DNA of 64,000 nucleotides from the human T2T-CHM13v2.0 reference genome, Homo sapiens (GCF_009914755.1 NC_060926.1); one strand, 5' to 3'. Shown: positions 31,773-45,547, numbered from the stretch's first letter. Program-made: numbers and translations. Notes: generated by a model not told the origin, from the letters alone.

Positions 31773-33268
31773 CATTTTATTCTTTACATTAAAATTCAGT
31801 ACTATCATCATTTATTTTCTTGCTCAAATGTTTCAGCTTGGACCACTAACAGGTCCTTTGGGTTGATTCCTGCAATCTTTTAACAAACTCCATCTTTTCT
31901 TGAGCACTCCCTTACTTCCTGGCATCACAAGATGTTCTAGGCTCATCTTGTATTTTCCCTGCCCTGGCACCACTTCCCTTGCCTCCTTTTATTGGGGATG
32001 GTGTTTAAAGACCAAGCTACAGGCACTAGGTTTACTCATTGTTAGTGGGATGTCATTGCTTCTAGACTTTCTCAGCAGACAAAGCTGGGAAAGATATGTA
32101 TGTGTTAATAACCCATGTGTACACATACAACTATACCATCTATCACCTGTCATGCTTGCTCTATAAAATGATGAGTTTATGCTGATACCTCTGATTCCAA
32201 TTCAACACCACAGGGGCCATTTATCCTGCTCTAGGTAAGTATATCGGGGAGGCTACCAGTGTCATGGAAATGGCAGCAAAACCAATCCTCCAGAAACCCA
32301 CAGTCCATTTTGTAGCCAGAGAGGACTCACGAACATCCATCAAGGGTACACTTCACTTGAGCTCCTTCTCTAGTGATGCAGCTTAGAAGAGATGTAGGGG
32401 CTCAGCCTCAACTGGAAACAAATATGCAACCTTTTCCCTTTGTTGCCATCATAGAGCCAAGGACACGAAATAGAATGAAAATGATCCTAATATAATTGCC
32501 AATTCTCTAAACCTTATAACTGGCAAAGAGTCAAATAAATTAAGATACTTATATCACAGTGAATTTTATTTCCAAAATTACATTTTCTGTGGACATTGGA
32601 GCTCTACCAATCCACAGCAATTAACTGTATTTCGGGTGAAAGATTTGTGTATAATTTAAGTTAACACTTCAATAAGGGACACTGGAAACCCCAGAGTTTA
32701 GATGCTCATGTGAAGCTTACCATTTGCAAGCTAACATAAGATGTGGCCATGACAACCTCAAAATAGTGCTAAGTGTCTAAAAGGCATTCAACTCCTCCTA
32801 AATAGTGATAACTGCATTTCCATTGCTTCTCCATTGCTACACTGGTTTCCATGAGAGAAGCTTTCCCTAAATACTCCAAGTCCTTGTCCTACCTCTTACT
32901 TTTCCCTAGAAGGCTGGGGTCAGTGACCTGATTGGGAAGTCAGGGAAAGAGACGGAGCATGCATAGCTCAGGCCCGTCCCCACTCCTGCCAGCAAAGAGC
33001 TGAATTTCCATCTACAGCTTCCAGCCCCAAGCATTCCAGGCTGCCATCTTTTGTCTTTACTTACGGTGAGCCAATAGGGTACTTCTAAGCCTGGTGCTGC
33101 CATATGTCTAAACCATGATCTGGTATAGGAGTCCTTTATGGATTACAAAAGACACAGGTCAATTGAGGTTTTAGTGAGAACAGACCTTGCAGATTTTGGA
33201 TATCAACAGTTTCTAATAACTTCTCGTAGCTTCTGGACAAGCAGATTTAAAACAGTCCAAATGAGGTT

Positions 33269-33548
33269 TGACCTTGGTGAGTTGCTGCAGGTTTGGGTAG
33301 TTTTGTTGTTAAACAGGAAGGGCAGTAGGTCCTGACCTTGACCAAGTGCAAGCTACCCACACCTTAGCAAATGCTCCCAAGCTAGGACAGCCTATGCAAA
33401 CCTGAACAGGTGGTACAAGCTGCAGGGAAGCTGCACAGACCCCGGGGCCTTAGCACAGGCATGCGCCACAGGGACCAAGCAAGTGCATTAGCCAGACATG
33501 AGCTGCGTGGGTGGCCTTGATGTGCCGGCTGTTGTGCATTGACCTTGA
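33269..33548 (-). promoter_or_regulatory. Cluster of four YCAAGGYCA (NR5A/ERR monomer) motifs; candidate enhancer
   Basis: TGACCTTGG 33269, TGACCTTGA 33333, TGGCCTTGA 33512, TGACCTTGA 33540; motif evidence only. Confidence 0.4.
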
Positions 33549-33976
33549 GCCACACTGTGCAGACACATCGGAATATGCATGCTGGTATTGCAGGTGAGGC
33601 TAAGGCTAAAGGAGACCTCCTTTGACAGAATATATTCTGCTTTTAAACTATGAGGCAGCTGGGTTCCACATTCACTGAAGCTTTAGCATGAGGGAGATGG
33701 GCAGCAATAGATTGGATACCCAATTCTATTCTCCGTGTATAGCCAAGGAGAAAGCTGGAGGGACTCAGCTGAATTATGTGGTTCCCCACTAGGGTCTCAA
33801 GTCAGCTCTGGATCTGTTCATTGCAAAAGTTCTGATCTTGGCTTTCACCTTCAGAGACCCAAACTGACTCACTCTCAGGAAGTGATGGATTTCTGGCAAT
33901 ACACAAATTAAAAAAACCCCACAGGTCTCTGTTGTAAAATAATATATATTTATGCTACCATCACATATATATGCAA

Positions 33977-34000
33977 GTGTGTGTGTGTGTGTGTGTGTGT
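33977..34000 (+). repeat. (GT)n microsatellite
   Basis: Direct reading. Confidence 0.95.
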
Positions 34001-35512
34001 ACATAAGCTGCCATTTTAGATTAAGACAGAGAAACAAGTCAGTAAGTTATTGCCAACCCAAAAGCTAGAAAGGCCTGTGCCCGTTACATGTTGTCTTTAG
34101 AAATCATATTTGCTCAAAAATCAAGAAGAAATCAGAGTGACATTTAAGAAAAAAAGCTTAAGGCTGAAAGTCAGAACAGCAGCCTTGGAAAAATAAAAAT
34201 AGGGCCAACCAGGAGGTTTCCACTGGAGAAAGAAATTTCCTTATAATATAGGAGAAAGAGTGTAATCTAGCAGACATCCACAACAGTATTGCAGGGGGAA
34301 AATGAAATCTATGGTCTAGGAAAGACAAATATCAATAGGAAAGGGCACACCTAACTGCTCTTACAGGGGAAAGGGGGAGGGTGCTGTTGACAACATGATC
34401 TTCATTGTTAACAGATCAGAAGCATCAATGGTGTCTGATGAAATCTAGCAGCTCTGCACTCTCAGGGCTATGTTGGAAGGACCACCTTTCCAGGAGAACC
34501 ACTTGGAGCATCAGAGTCTATGGCAAGTGTAGCTGGAAAAACACCATTAATGGTTGAACAGCTATTCTAAGTGGGCACAGGAAATCTGAACAGATTTGAG
34601 AGAAGGCCACCAAGATGAGAGCAAAACACTGAAAGCAGCATCTTTAGGTGGATTTTAAGGTGTCACAGTCAGCATGACATGAGTACTTCTGTACCCTATG
34701 AGAACAAGCTCCAGGAATAAGAACTCTAAGAGGAGATTCAGCCAAGATGTCCTGAGCCAAGGAGGGCAGTAACAAATCAAGTCCAAGCCCAGCCAAAATA
34801 CTCATCTTATGGGAGAATATCACCCAGGTAGAATTGTCCCACTCAGGAGGGAGTTAGTCGTCAGCAGAGGAGAACTTTTTGAACAATGGGTGGTTGCGAC
34901 AGACCTAGAACATTTTGATTTCATTTTTCTCACTATGGCAGCCTCACAAGGCAGAGTATGGAGGAGTCAGTTAGAAAAACCAAAGCCACAAGGAAATAGG
35001 AGGCAAGGCACTCAGACCAGGCAAACAAGGCTCACCCTACATGCTTAATTAGAAAGAAATTAAGAAAAAATATTAAGAACAATTAAGAAGAAATACAAAA
35101 TTAAGAAAAATTACATGCTTAATTTAGGAAATAACTTAAACTACTAGAAACTCAAGGGCCCCCACCACCACCATCAGACAAGGGCAGCAGTGGGAAACCC
35201 ACACCAGCCAAACACTTTAAGGCCAGGCCCCATAAAGCCCAGTGGAGCAGCCCAGAGGTTGGGCTGAAAAGGCAAAGGCCAAATCAGAGGTCTCCTTATG
35301 CAGAAAGGGGAAAAGCATTATCTCAAGTAAGACCTGGGAATGGGGTATGTACCCACAGCAAATGCGTAAGCTTTGCCAGAAGGCAGCGAAGTCTCTGATG
35401 AGCAGATGGATTCTCCCTGAGATGAAGCAAACACAGCATCATCACAATGCGTTGATGCAGGTTCTTCCACTTGCATTTCATTCAGAGGTCAAGGATGCCC
35501 ACCAGTCCGAAA

Positions 35513-35767
35513 GCGGCTCAAAACACTTTGCTCAACCACACCCCCACGTGAAACAGCAGTGATAAGTCTTTAGTAATAAACCAAAGTTTAACTAGGCTAT
35601 ACTAATATTTAGGGTTGCTTAATTTCTTGCCAGCCACCACGGCCATACAATTAACCCAAGCTAACAGAATTCGGCGTAAAGAGTGTTTAAAGTCTGCCCT
35701 CAATAAAGCTAAAGTTCATCTAAGTTGTAAAAACTCCAGCTGAAATAAAATATACTACAAAAGTGGC
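35513..35767 (+). pseudogene. MT-RNR1: NUMT: nuclear copy of a mitochondrial 12S rRNA fragment
   Basis: Collinear 12S motifs CCACACCCCCACG.GAAACAGCAGTGAT, AAAGTTTAACTA.GCTATACTAA, TGCCAGCCACC.CGG, CGGCGTAAAGAGTGTTT, CAATAAAGCTAAA, GTTGTAAAAACTCCAG, ACTAC.AAAGTGGC. Confidence 0.95.
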
Positions 35768-35991
35768 AGTCAACTGCCTTGGACTGGTGGGCATCCTTGG
35801 AGGTGAAAGCAAGATTCTCTCCACCTCATTCCCTCATTCAGACCCCACCCCCAGGTGGCTGCAAGGCTGGTACAAGCCTGCTTCCTTAAGGCAGAGGGTG
35901 TGCCCAGGGTATTCTGTTGTTCCCATCCTTTTCACTCTTGACTGCTTTAAAAGGGGTACATGCAAGAGACCCACTCAACTTCCCGAGGCCT

Positions 35992-36138
35992 GGATCAGCT
36001 TCTCAGCCATGGCTGCACTTTGGAATCGCCCAAGGAGGCTTGAAAAGTCCTGTTGCTGGGGCCTCACCCTAGAGATTCTGAATCCACAGGGGTGGGATAC
36101 GGCCTGGGTGCCAGGAGTCACTGACTCTCCCCAAGTGC
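35992..36138 (+). mobile_element. MER5-type hAT-Charlie MITE fragment
   Basis: CTTCTCAGCCATGGCTGCACTTTGGAATC...CCCTAGAGATTCTGA. Confidence 0.7.
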
Positions 36139-36239
36139 AGTAGCACAAAAATTTGTGTCTACCCAGAAGCTCAAAATGTGACCTTCTTTAGAAATGGGGT
36201 ATATTTGCAGATGGAATTAATTAAGGATCAAAGTGAAAG

Positions 36240-36609
36240 CGATATGGTTTGGCTGTGTCCCCACCCAAATCTCATCTTGAATTGTAGCTCCCATAATTCC
36301 CATGTGTGGTGGGAGGGACCCAGTGGGAGATCATTGAATCATGGAGGTGGTTTCTCCCACCCTGTTCTCATGGGAGTGAATAAGTCTCATGAGATCTGAT
36401 GGTTTTATGAGGGGAACCCCCTTTCGCTTGGCTCTCATTGTCTCTTTGCCTCCCCCATGTAAGACGTGCCTTTATTCTTCCCTCGCCTTCCACAATGATT
36501 GCGAGGCCTACCCAGCCACGTGGAACTGTGAGTCCATGAAAACTGTTTTTCTTTACAAATCACCCAGTCTCGGGTATGTCTTTAGCAGCAGCGAGAACAG
36601 ACTAATACA
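36240..36609 (+). mobile_element. THE1 (THE1B/C) solo LTR, ERVL-MaLR
   Basis: GATATGGTTTGGCTGTGTCCCCACCCAAATCTC...GACTAATACA; TSD GAAAG/GAGAG. Confidence 0.95.
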
Positions 36610-36882
36610 GAGAGCATGTGGAATTTGGGTGGGCCCTAAATCCTATGAGTGTCCTTATAAGAGACAGAAAAAGGACACACAGAATCACAGAGAAGGTGAC
36701 ATGAAGACAGAGGCAGAGACTGGAGTGGAGGGTCCACAAGCCAAGGCACAGCAAGGTGTAGAAGCTGGAGAGAGGCATGGGACGGTTTCTTTCTTAGAGC
36801 TTCCAGAAGGAACCAATCCTGATGACACCTGGATTTTGAACTTTTAGCCTCCAGAGTTATGAGAGAATACATTTCTGTTGTC

Positions 36883-37091
36883 TTTTGTTGGCTTGTGTTT
36901 CGTTTTGTTTTGAAACAGGGTCTTGCTCTGTTGCCCGGATTGGAGTGCAGTGGTGCAATCTGGAACTCCTGGGCTCATGATCCTCCTGCCTCCACCTCCC
37001 AAGTAGCTGGGACTACAGATGTGCACGACCACACTCGGCTAATTTTTTCTATTTTTTGTAGAAATGGGGTCACACTATGTTGCCCAGGCTA
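36883..37091 (-). mobile_element. Partial Alu (AluJ-type)
   Basis: Antisense right arm plus part of the left arm. Confidence 0.9.
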
Positions 37092-38295
37092 ATTTTAGTC
37101 ATTTTAAGCCATCCAGTTTGTGTTCTCTTGTTATGGCAGTCCTAGGCAACTAAGACACCAGGTAACTGTCCTTTGTGGCCAAAGTTGGAAACCCTGCCAT
37201 CTCCAACAGAGGAGAATCCAACTGCAGGAAGCGCCCCGGGGCTACCTGCACATCTGTCAAGAACATCTATGTCTGAGCCCGAGACAAATTAGAAACTGGG
37301 GAGCTTGATGTTTGGTCTTTTATTTCTTTGACTTTTAACTCGCAAGGGCAAAAAAATTTAATTCCAACTTTGATTCCCTTGGACTTTCACTTCTTTGAAC
37401 TTCAAGTTGCAAGGAAACTTAATCTTCTGGTTTTAATTTATCCCCAGGAATTTCTTAATGAAGAGAGGGCTTATATTCAAATATGAGACAACTTGTTAGA
37501 GCTTCTGAATTTTGGGGATATCTTTAGGATGTCATTTGATCACACTGCAGAACCTCTGATAAGAAATGTCAAACAACATGGTTAGATATAATTTGAGATG
37601 AGAAATAAAAGAGAGTGAGTGTTTGGCCTTGGGGAAAAGTGACCTTGAGTTGATTTAACTCACGTGGTATTCTGACTGATTTCAGAGCTCTTTAGGAGCA
37701 AACTCTGTACTTCTCTAAGCGCCTAAGAGAATCTCTGAAAGCCCAGCGCCTGGTGTCAGATAGCATCACAGAAAGGTGGGCACAGCCCTGCTCAGACAAA
37801 CTGCTGCTTTGCTTGCTCTGGGAGGTGAGGCTGGCCCTTGGTCGACCACTGTCTTGAACGGGAAGCGCAGGGAGTAAAGAGGACAGAAAGCTGGGATTAG
37901 AGAAGCTGCCCCTCTGGTTTTCTTGAAGAAGGACTTTCCCAGAGTACTCCAGGTCTCCTGCCCCCACTCCACGGTAGCAGAGCAAGCTCTCCGTGGGCAA
38001 CAGCTCCAGCTCTCACTGCTCTGCTGCAAGAAGGTAACCTATCGACAGTCTAAGCCCCAAGAGTCTGTCTTTCCCCTCTGTCTCTATGCAGACCAGCCCA
38101 AGGGAGGGATGGGGTATAGTGTCTAGCTGGGCACAGACTCAAATCTCCCTCCAAGACCTGTGCCAATTCTACACTACAGGCAGGGAGCTAGCAGGCTGTT
38201 CCTTGAATCTGGCCTTGTCAGTAATAAAGGTGACATTGAGGTTTCTGTCCACTGATATTTTTATTTAGTTTAGCATTGTTCAGAAGTCAGGTGGG

Positions 38296-38598
38296 GATCA
38301 GATGCAGTGGCTCACATCTATAATCCCAGCACTTTGGGAGTCCGAGGCGGGAGGATTGTTTGGGCCCAGGAGTTAAAGACTGGCCTGGGCAACATAGCAA
38401 GATCTCCGTCTCTACAAAAAAAATTTTTTTTTTAATTAGCCAGGGTTGGCGGTATGCACCGCTGGTCCCAGCTACTCAGGAGGCTGAGGTAGGAGAATTG
38501 CTTGAGCCTAGGAGATCAAGGCTGCAGTGATTGCGCCACTGCATTCCAGCCTGGGTGACAGAGCAAGATCCTGTCTCAAAAAAAAAAGGAAAAAGAAA
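38296..38598 (+). mobile_element. Alu SINE (AluJ-type)
   Basis: Sense dimer; TSD AGAAGTCAGGTGGG. Confidence 0.95.
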
Positions 38599-38659
38599 GA
38601 AGTCAGGTGGGAAGAGGAATGCTGTTTCCTGACCCTGAAGGCCAGCGTTTCAGAACCTT

Positions 38660-38870
38660 CCTAAGGGCTGGCTCTGTGCTGGGCTCAGTGCCAGGGTCGT
38701 TACGGTGATGGCTGTACTGAATCTTCACTACTGTGTGAAAGGCAGGCAATCTATCACAGCCATTTCACAGAAGAGCACACTAACACACAGAGAGGCTAAA
38801 TGATATCACACCAACTGTGAGTGGAAGAGCTGAGATTTGAGCCCAAGGAGTCAGACCCCAACCACTAAAG
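38660..38870 (-). mobile_element. MIR SINE
   Basis: CATTTCACAGA...ACAGAGAGGCTAAATGA...GAGCTGAGATTTGAGCCCA. Confidence 0.75.
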
Positions 38871-39029
38871 TTAATGAAAGAAAAGCATACCTGCACTGGA
38901 TAGCACCAAAATCATTTTTTAAATAATATTATCATATATATCTAGAATATATATTATATATATGATATGAATATGTATATACTCATAAATCTTTTGATAT
39001 ATATAATATATAGTAAATATTGTGTATGT

Positions 39030-39260
39030 TTGTGTTTCCAGCAATTTCTCTTTCAATAATTTATTCTAAGAAATAGTCAACAGCTATAGGAACAAATATG
39101 TACAGGGCTGTTCAATTCAGCTTCACTGTAATATAACAAAAATGGAAACAATTTAAATATCCAAAACAATAGTTGATTAATTAAATGTATTACAATAGAG
39201 CCATATAATACAAATACAAAAGTGTTGTTTAAGGCATATAAATGAGAAAAATGGAAGAAT
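39030..39260 (+). mobile_element. Old L1ME-type fragment
   Basis: CCAGCAATTTCTC...AAATGGAAACAATTTAAATATCCA. Confidence 0.65.
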
Positions 39261-39698
39261 AAACAACAGCCACAAGACTTGGAAGTTGGAAAGCAGTCCA
39301 GTGAGTGATAAAGACCCAGCAGAGCTTGGGAACTTTGTGCAGGCTACGAGAAGGCTGAGATCCAAGGTGTGGAATCACCGAAAGGTCTAGGTACCTCCAG
39401 AAGTAGGGTGAGTTGGGGCAGCGGGCATAGAACTGAACCAAGGAGAATGGGATGAGAGTTCATTTAAGCAACACTCAGTTGAGAAAATGCCTCTTCCCAC
39501 CCAGCAAAGCCTGGGACTGGACCCTTGGGAGAGAGGAAAGCAAACACCCTCTGGGCTGGCCACACCAGGCTCCCCTGAGAGCAGAGCCTCCTACTAAAGA
39601 TGGAGAGGTTAGTGAATGTTTGCTTTCAAGATGCTGAGACCCTGCCCCTTCCTCTCACAGCACCTGAGCACGGGCTGCAGGACCTCAGCTCTAAGCAG

Positions 39699-40020
39699 GG
39701 CCAGGCACCGTGGCTCATGCTTGTAATCCCAGAACTTTGGGTGGTCAAGGCAGGCAGATTGCTGGAGCCTAAGAGTTAGAGAACAGCCTGGGCAACATAG
39801 CGCGATTCTGTCTCTACAAAAAAATAAAAATAAAAAAATTAGCTGGACATGATGGTGTGTGCTTGTAGTCCCACCTACTCAGGGGGCTAAGATGGGAGGA
39901 TCACTTGCACTCAGGAGTCCAAGCCTGCAGCGAACTATGATGGAGCCACTGCACTCCAGCCTGGGCAACAGAGCGAGACCGTATCTTAAAAGAAAACAAC
40001 AACAAAAACAAAAACAAAAA
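39699..40020 (+). mobile_element. Alu SINE (AluJ-type)
   Basis: Sense dimer with (CAAAAA)n tail. Confidence 0.93.
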
Positions 40021-40879
40021 TGCAGTAAGAATGCTAGAGGCTTCTCCTTTACAAACAGCCCAAGGATGTCAACATCAGGACAACCACACAGCCCAGCTGT
40101 TGGGAGTTGATGTCAACTAAACAGCCCAGCTATTGGGAGAGCTGAGTGGAAGAGACTGACAGATGGAGGATTGGAATGGAGTTATGCAAAAGGGAAGAAG
40201 AGGTGAGCCTGGAGCGGGGGCTACTTGCCTGTGGGTGGCTCTTGGGTCACACTTGCCCCGTCCACCAACACTGGCCAGTTTGAAGTTCTCAAACTGAACA
40301 TGATGAGTCAGCGGAGGAGATGCGCTAGATGGAATATTCCATAAACACTGGTGGGAATTACATGCTATCTAGGGACACAGCTCAGAGTCATGCTGCCAGG
40401 GGGTGAAGATAAGAGCAAAGCTGTTGGTCTGTTAGCACAGGAAACAGGATGGGTGTCAGTGACAAAGGACCAGAATTAAAGGGATCAGAATTCAGAAGAA
40501 ATGCGACAAGTGTGTGCTTTCACGAGGCGATTCATTTGCGATCTCAGAGGGAAATAAGTAGAGCAAGAGAACAAGTATCAAAATGCAGTTAGACAAAATG
40601 GTTAGGAAGAATTTGAGATTTGTGGAGAAGAGATTTTTCAAAGATTGTACTAGCTCAATTACTAACTGTGACCCACTACATTCAATTTTTGTGCATTAGT
40701 TTGGGTTTTGTGTGACCAAATGAAGAACACGAATTATAATCGTTGGTCTGCCGTCAGTAGCCAAGGGCTGCTCTTCAAGGCACTGGGGAAGAGGTAGTGT
40801 GGGCTAGCTAGATGTCACCAGGACTCCAAAGCTCTTCCTCGTGACTCTCACAGTAAATATCCCAATAGCAGAAGCCAGG

Positions 40880-41333
40880 TTGGAAGGTGTTGAATTGTGT
40901 CCCCCAAAATGATAGGTTGAAGTCCTAATCCTGTGCATACACTTGATTTGGAAATAGAGTCTTTGTAGACGTCATTAAGATGTGAAGTTAAGATGAGGTG
41001 TTACTGGTGTAGGGTGGGCCCTTAATGCAATACGACTGATGTCCTTATAAAAAGAAAAGACACAGAGACAGACATAGGGAGAATGCTGTGCGTTTACAGG
41101 GGCAGAGACTGGAGCCATGTGTCCACGAACCAAGGGAACACCAAAGACTCCCAGCAAAGCCAGGAGAGAAGCATGGGACAGATTCAACCCCCGGGCCCCC
41201 AGGAAGGAACCCACCCTGCTGCCACCTATGCTGTTGGACTTCTGGCCTCCATGACTGCAAGAGAGTGAATTTCTGTTATTTTAAGCCACCCAGTTTGCGG
41301 GGCTTTGTGAGAACAGCCCGAGGAGACTCATAT
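40880..41333 (+). mobile_element. MLT1C-type LTR
   Basis: TTGAATTGTGTCCCCCAAAA...TTTAAGCCACCCAGTTTG. Confidence 0.88.
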
Positions 41334-41595
41334 GAAAAGGTTCAGAGTCAGACCCAGCACCAGGATTAGAACACACATCCTGACTCTTCCCTCCCCTGCC
41401 TCTACTCATTGAGGAGCCGGTTATCAATGCTGCTCAACGGATGTGGGTTGAACAAAACAATGGCTCCCCTTGAGAGAAAATGAGGAAGCTCATGGACTTA
41501 GAGAAGTGGATATGGACAGGCCCCTGCTCATGCGTTCAGCATTGACAAGGTGCTCAGGACAGCTCTGGCTACCGATTTATAGTTCTAGGATGTAA

Positions 41596-41925
<330 letters not shown>

Positions 41926-42611
41926 CCAGCCTGATTTTCAAAATTCAACATCAGCAGAGGAAAATTACCTTTTGTGTTTTGTTTGTGAGGAAAATATTTC
42001 AGTTCACAAGCAATTGAAAATGAATGTGGAACTAACTGGCCGATATCTATTTCCCAAAGCCCCGTTTCTGATTCCCAACTGTGCTCAGCTGTGCTTCCAT
42101 AAAGGACAATTAAGCCCATTGTGGCCATGAGGTTCCCTGAATCCACCAGTCTATGGCATTTGTATAAGGAGACTACTCACTGTGGGGAACAAACTGGGTC
42201 TTCTTTAAATTTCTTATTAATTAGATACCTCTTATCTGAACTCAGCACAATTTCTACTTATTCCCATGGGGAGAACTTATAGCTCTGCCAAGCATCGTGG
42301 GGCCGCCTCTGCTGCTCATACCTGGATTCCACGGGTTGGCTGTGCTCAGCTACAGCTGCAGCCGCAGCCAGGTAGGATGCCTGTCACATGCTTGCTGTAC
42401 ACAGCGAGCTGGAATGGATAACGTGAAGCCTACTTTTGCCAAAGAGGAGAAAACCTTCCCAGTAGCAGTGCAAATGCAAAGAAAGAACTTCAAAATGAAT
42501 CTGAATACCTGTCAACTTAAAAACGTTTCTCTTTTTATTTTGCTAACTATTGTTCTAGCATTTTGTTCTAAAATAACTTTAGGTTCTAAAGTCGAGCTTC
42601 AAGACACATCC

Positions 42612-42913
<302 letters not shown>

Positions 42914-44071
42914 AGACACATCCCCGTGGAATTTATCCTGAGTTGACCAGGTAGGTTCTGCAGTACTCAAATCCACTCCCACCAGCAAGCTATCTTGAGA
43001 AAGACTGGAGTTTACTGGAGATTGCTGGTAGGAATTGAGGAAGAAATGGAGAAGAGTCCAACTGAGGTGGGGGAGGGTGCTGAAGTGTTTTCCCACTACT
43101 CCCACCTTGAACCCCAGATGCCTCCAAGAGAACACTCTGTAGAGGCTGCTGGTGCCTGTGCTTCACTCCACCTGAACAGTGGCTGAGCTGCAGAAGTGCA
43201 GGCCATTCTGATGCACTGGGGTGAAGCATAGGTGGGAGGGCTTGGGAAAACTGGATCCTGCTCCCCAGCGGAGGGCTCTGACAGTGGGAGCTGGCTGGGG
43301 CACCTGTGGTAGATGGCAGGGCTGAGGGAGTGGGCTGCTGTACAGTTGCACGGACCCCCAACATTGGGTCTGGTATGAATGCATGAGTTTTTTCTTCGGG
43401 AGGGGAGTGGCAAGTGGATGCTGAGAAGATAGGCTGACTAGAGTTGACATTATGGGAACCCACCCACAAAGGCAGCCTTCAAGGGCATAGGGTCCTCAGC
43501 TGTAAGAAGCCATGGGCTGGACCCTGGGGCAGGAGTTGAACAGAGCTGCAGTTAGTTAGAGCATAGGCCCTCCTAAGAGCTGATATCTTGAGTGTGACAA
43601 AAGAGCCAGCACTTGGACGCGTGCCATGGCCAAGAGCTTTGGGAGCCAAGAGAGAACTACAAAGAACACACTCAAAGTCAAAGGAGTTTTGCTCCTTTCT
43701 GCTAAGCCCTTCCCTGCCTGCCCTGGCCCCAGAAGACACAGACAGGAAAGGATGGGAGAAGGAAGAGAAGAGGTACCCTCTCTCCCACGGTGGGGTTTGG
43801 CTGGCAGAGCTAGGCACACCCCAGTTACAAGGTGGAAGTGTGGGTATTAGGCTGGCCTCAATCATTTAATCTTGGGAAGGGAATTGGCATCACCTAAATG
43901 AGGCTGTGGCAGCTGAGATGGCCGGAAAGCTGTGGCTCCGCCCCAAGGAGTCATCTAGGACAGGAAAGGGAGAAGCAGTGGATCAAGATTGGAAAAGTAA
44001 AGAAGAAAGACAGCTGGGAGTCAAGACTGTTCCTTATGGCTCCCCCTTGGCGTTTACCCACTTGACAAATC

Positions 44072-44402
<331 letters not shown>

Positions 44403-44755
44403 TAGCAGACAAGAAGGTGACTTAACACCCCCAACTATTAGTCTCTTCTCAATGGTTGTACCAGAAATTCCCCAGTAATTTGTCATTATTCTTATAAAGC
44501 CAGGGATCTTCTCCCCTTTGAAATGCACATCCCTCTGGGAAGGACCCCTTGGGCTTTCCTGTGAGAGGACATTGGCTCAGTCCTTTCCTGAGAGAGGAGG
44601 GGAGGACAGATTTGGGAGGCTCTGGATGAGTGAGGAATATCTGCTGTTTGGGATGGGAGGGCCCAGAGATGCATACATGAAGGTGCTGAAACTGACCTTG
44701 CCCCCAGCCCCATTTACCTGGAGCTGGCTCCAGGAGAATGAAAACTTTGGAAAAA

Positions 44756-44757
<2 letters not shown>

Positions 44758-44802
<45 letters not shown>
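44758..44802 (+). repeat. (TG)n microsatellite
   Basis: About 22 units. Confidence 0.97.
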
Positions 44803-44804
<2 letters not shown>

Positions 44805-45212
44805 AGTTCTTTAAAAATTCCACGTGTCAACCCTTCGGCTGTTTTTCTATGTTCTTTGCCATCATTGTTAGTTCAGGTTAAATATTATGGTCAAAAAATA
44901 GAATGGGAACTAACAAAGAATAAATTGCCATCTTCTATGCTAAGGTTAGCCAATAGATGTTTCTGTTAAGCAATCCTAAGGCTCTGAGATACTGTAAGGT
45001 AGAGAAGCTCTCTGAAAGCTCTCATAAAGATATAAAGTTTCCCTAAAATCAATGAAAGTAAGCAGAGTATCCAGAAATAGACTCAAATATACATGGAAAT
45101 TGAGCATATGGCAATGGGGACACTTCACATCTAGGGCAAAAGCAAGGTTCTGTGCATGACATTGGGACAACTGGTATCAGCGAGTAGGGGTGGGGAAGTG
45201 ATCCATATTGCA

Positions 45213-45250
<38 letters not shown>

Positions 45251-45538
45251 CATTTTGAGACAGAGTCTCACTCTGTCTCCCAGGCTGGAGTTCAGTGGCT
45301 CCATCTCGGTTCACTGCAACCTCTGCCTCCCAGTTCAAATGATTCTCCTGCCTCAGCCTCCCAAGTAGCTGGGATTACAAGCATGCACCACCATGCCCGG
45401 CTAATTTTTGTATTTTTAGTAGAGACAAGGTTTTACCATGTTGGCCAGGCTGGCCGCAAACTCTTGACCTCAAGTGAACCACCCACCTCAGCCTCCCAAA
45501 GTGCTGGGATTACAGGCATGAGATATCATGCCCCGCCC
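45213..45538 (-). mobile_element. Alu SINE with (ATT)n tail
   Basis: Antisense dimer. Confidence 0.95.
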
Positions 45539-45547
45539 CTACTGCAA

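Larger units (their letters stand above)
36140..37157 (+). mobile_element. MLT1C LTR interrupted by THE1 and an Alu
   Basis: GGGTGGGCCCTAAATCC...GAAGGAACCAATCCTG...TTAAGCCATCCAGTTTGTG. Confidence 0.85.

Noticed and set aside
35513-35767. Functional rRNA gene
   Set aside because: Only a short diverged fragment of mitochondrial 12S in nuclear context; annotated as a NUMT.
42940-43467. Possible old MLT1K/L-type LTR and overlapping 100-160 aa ORFs
   Set aside because: Too degenerate to assign by eye; the ORFs have no recognisable homology.
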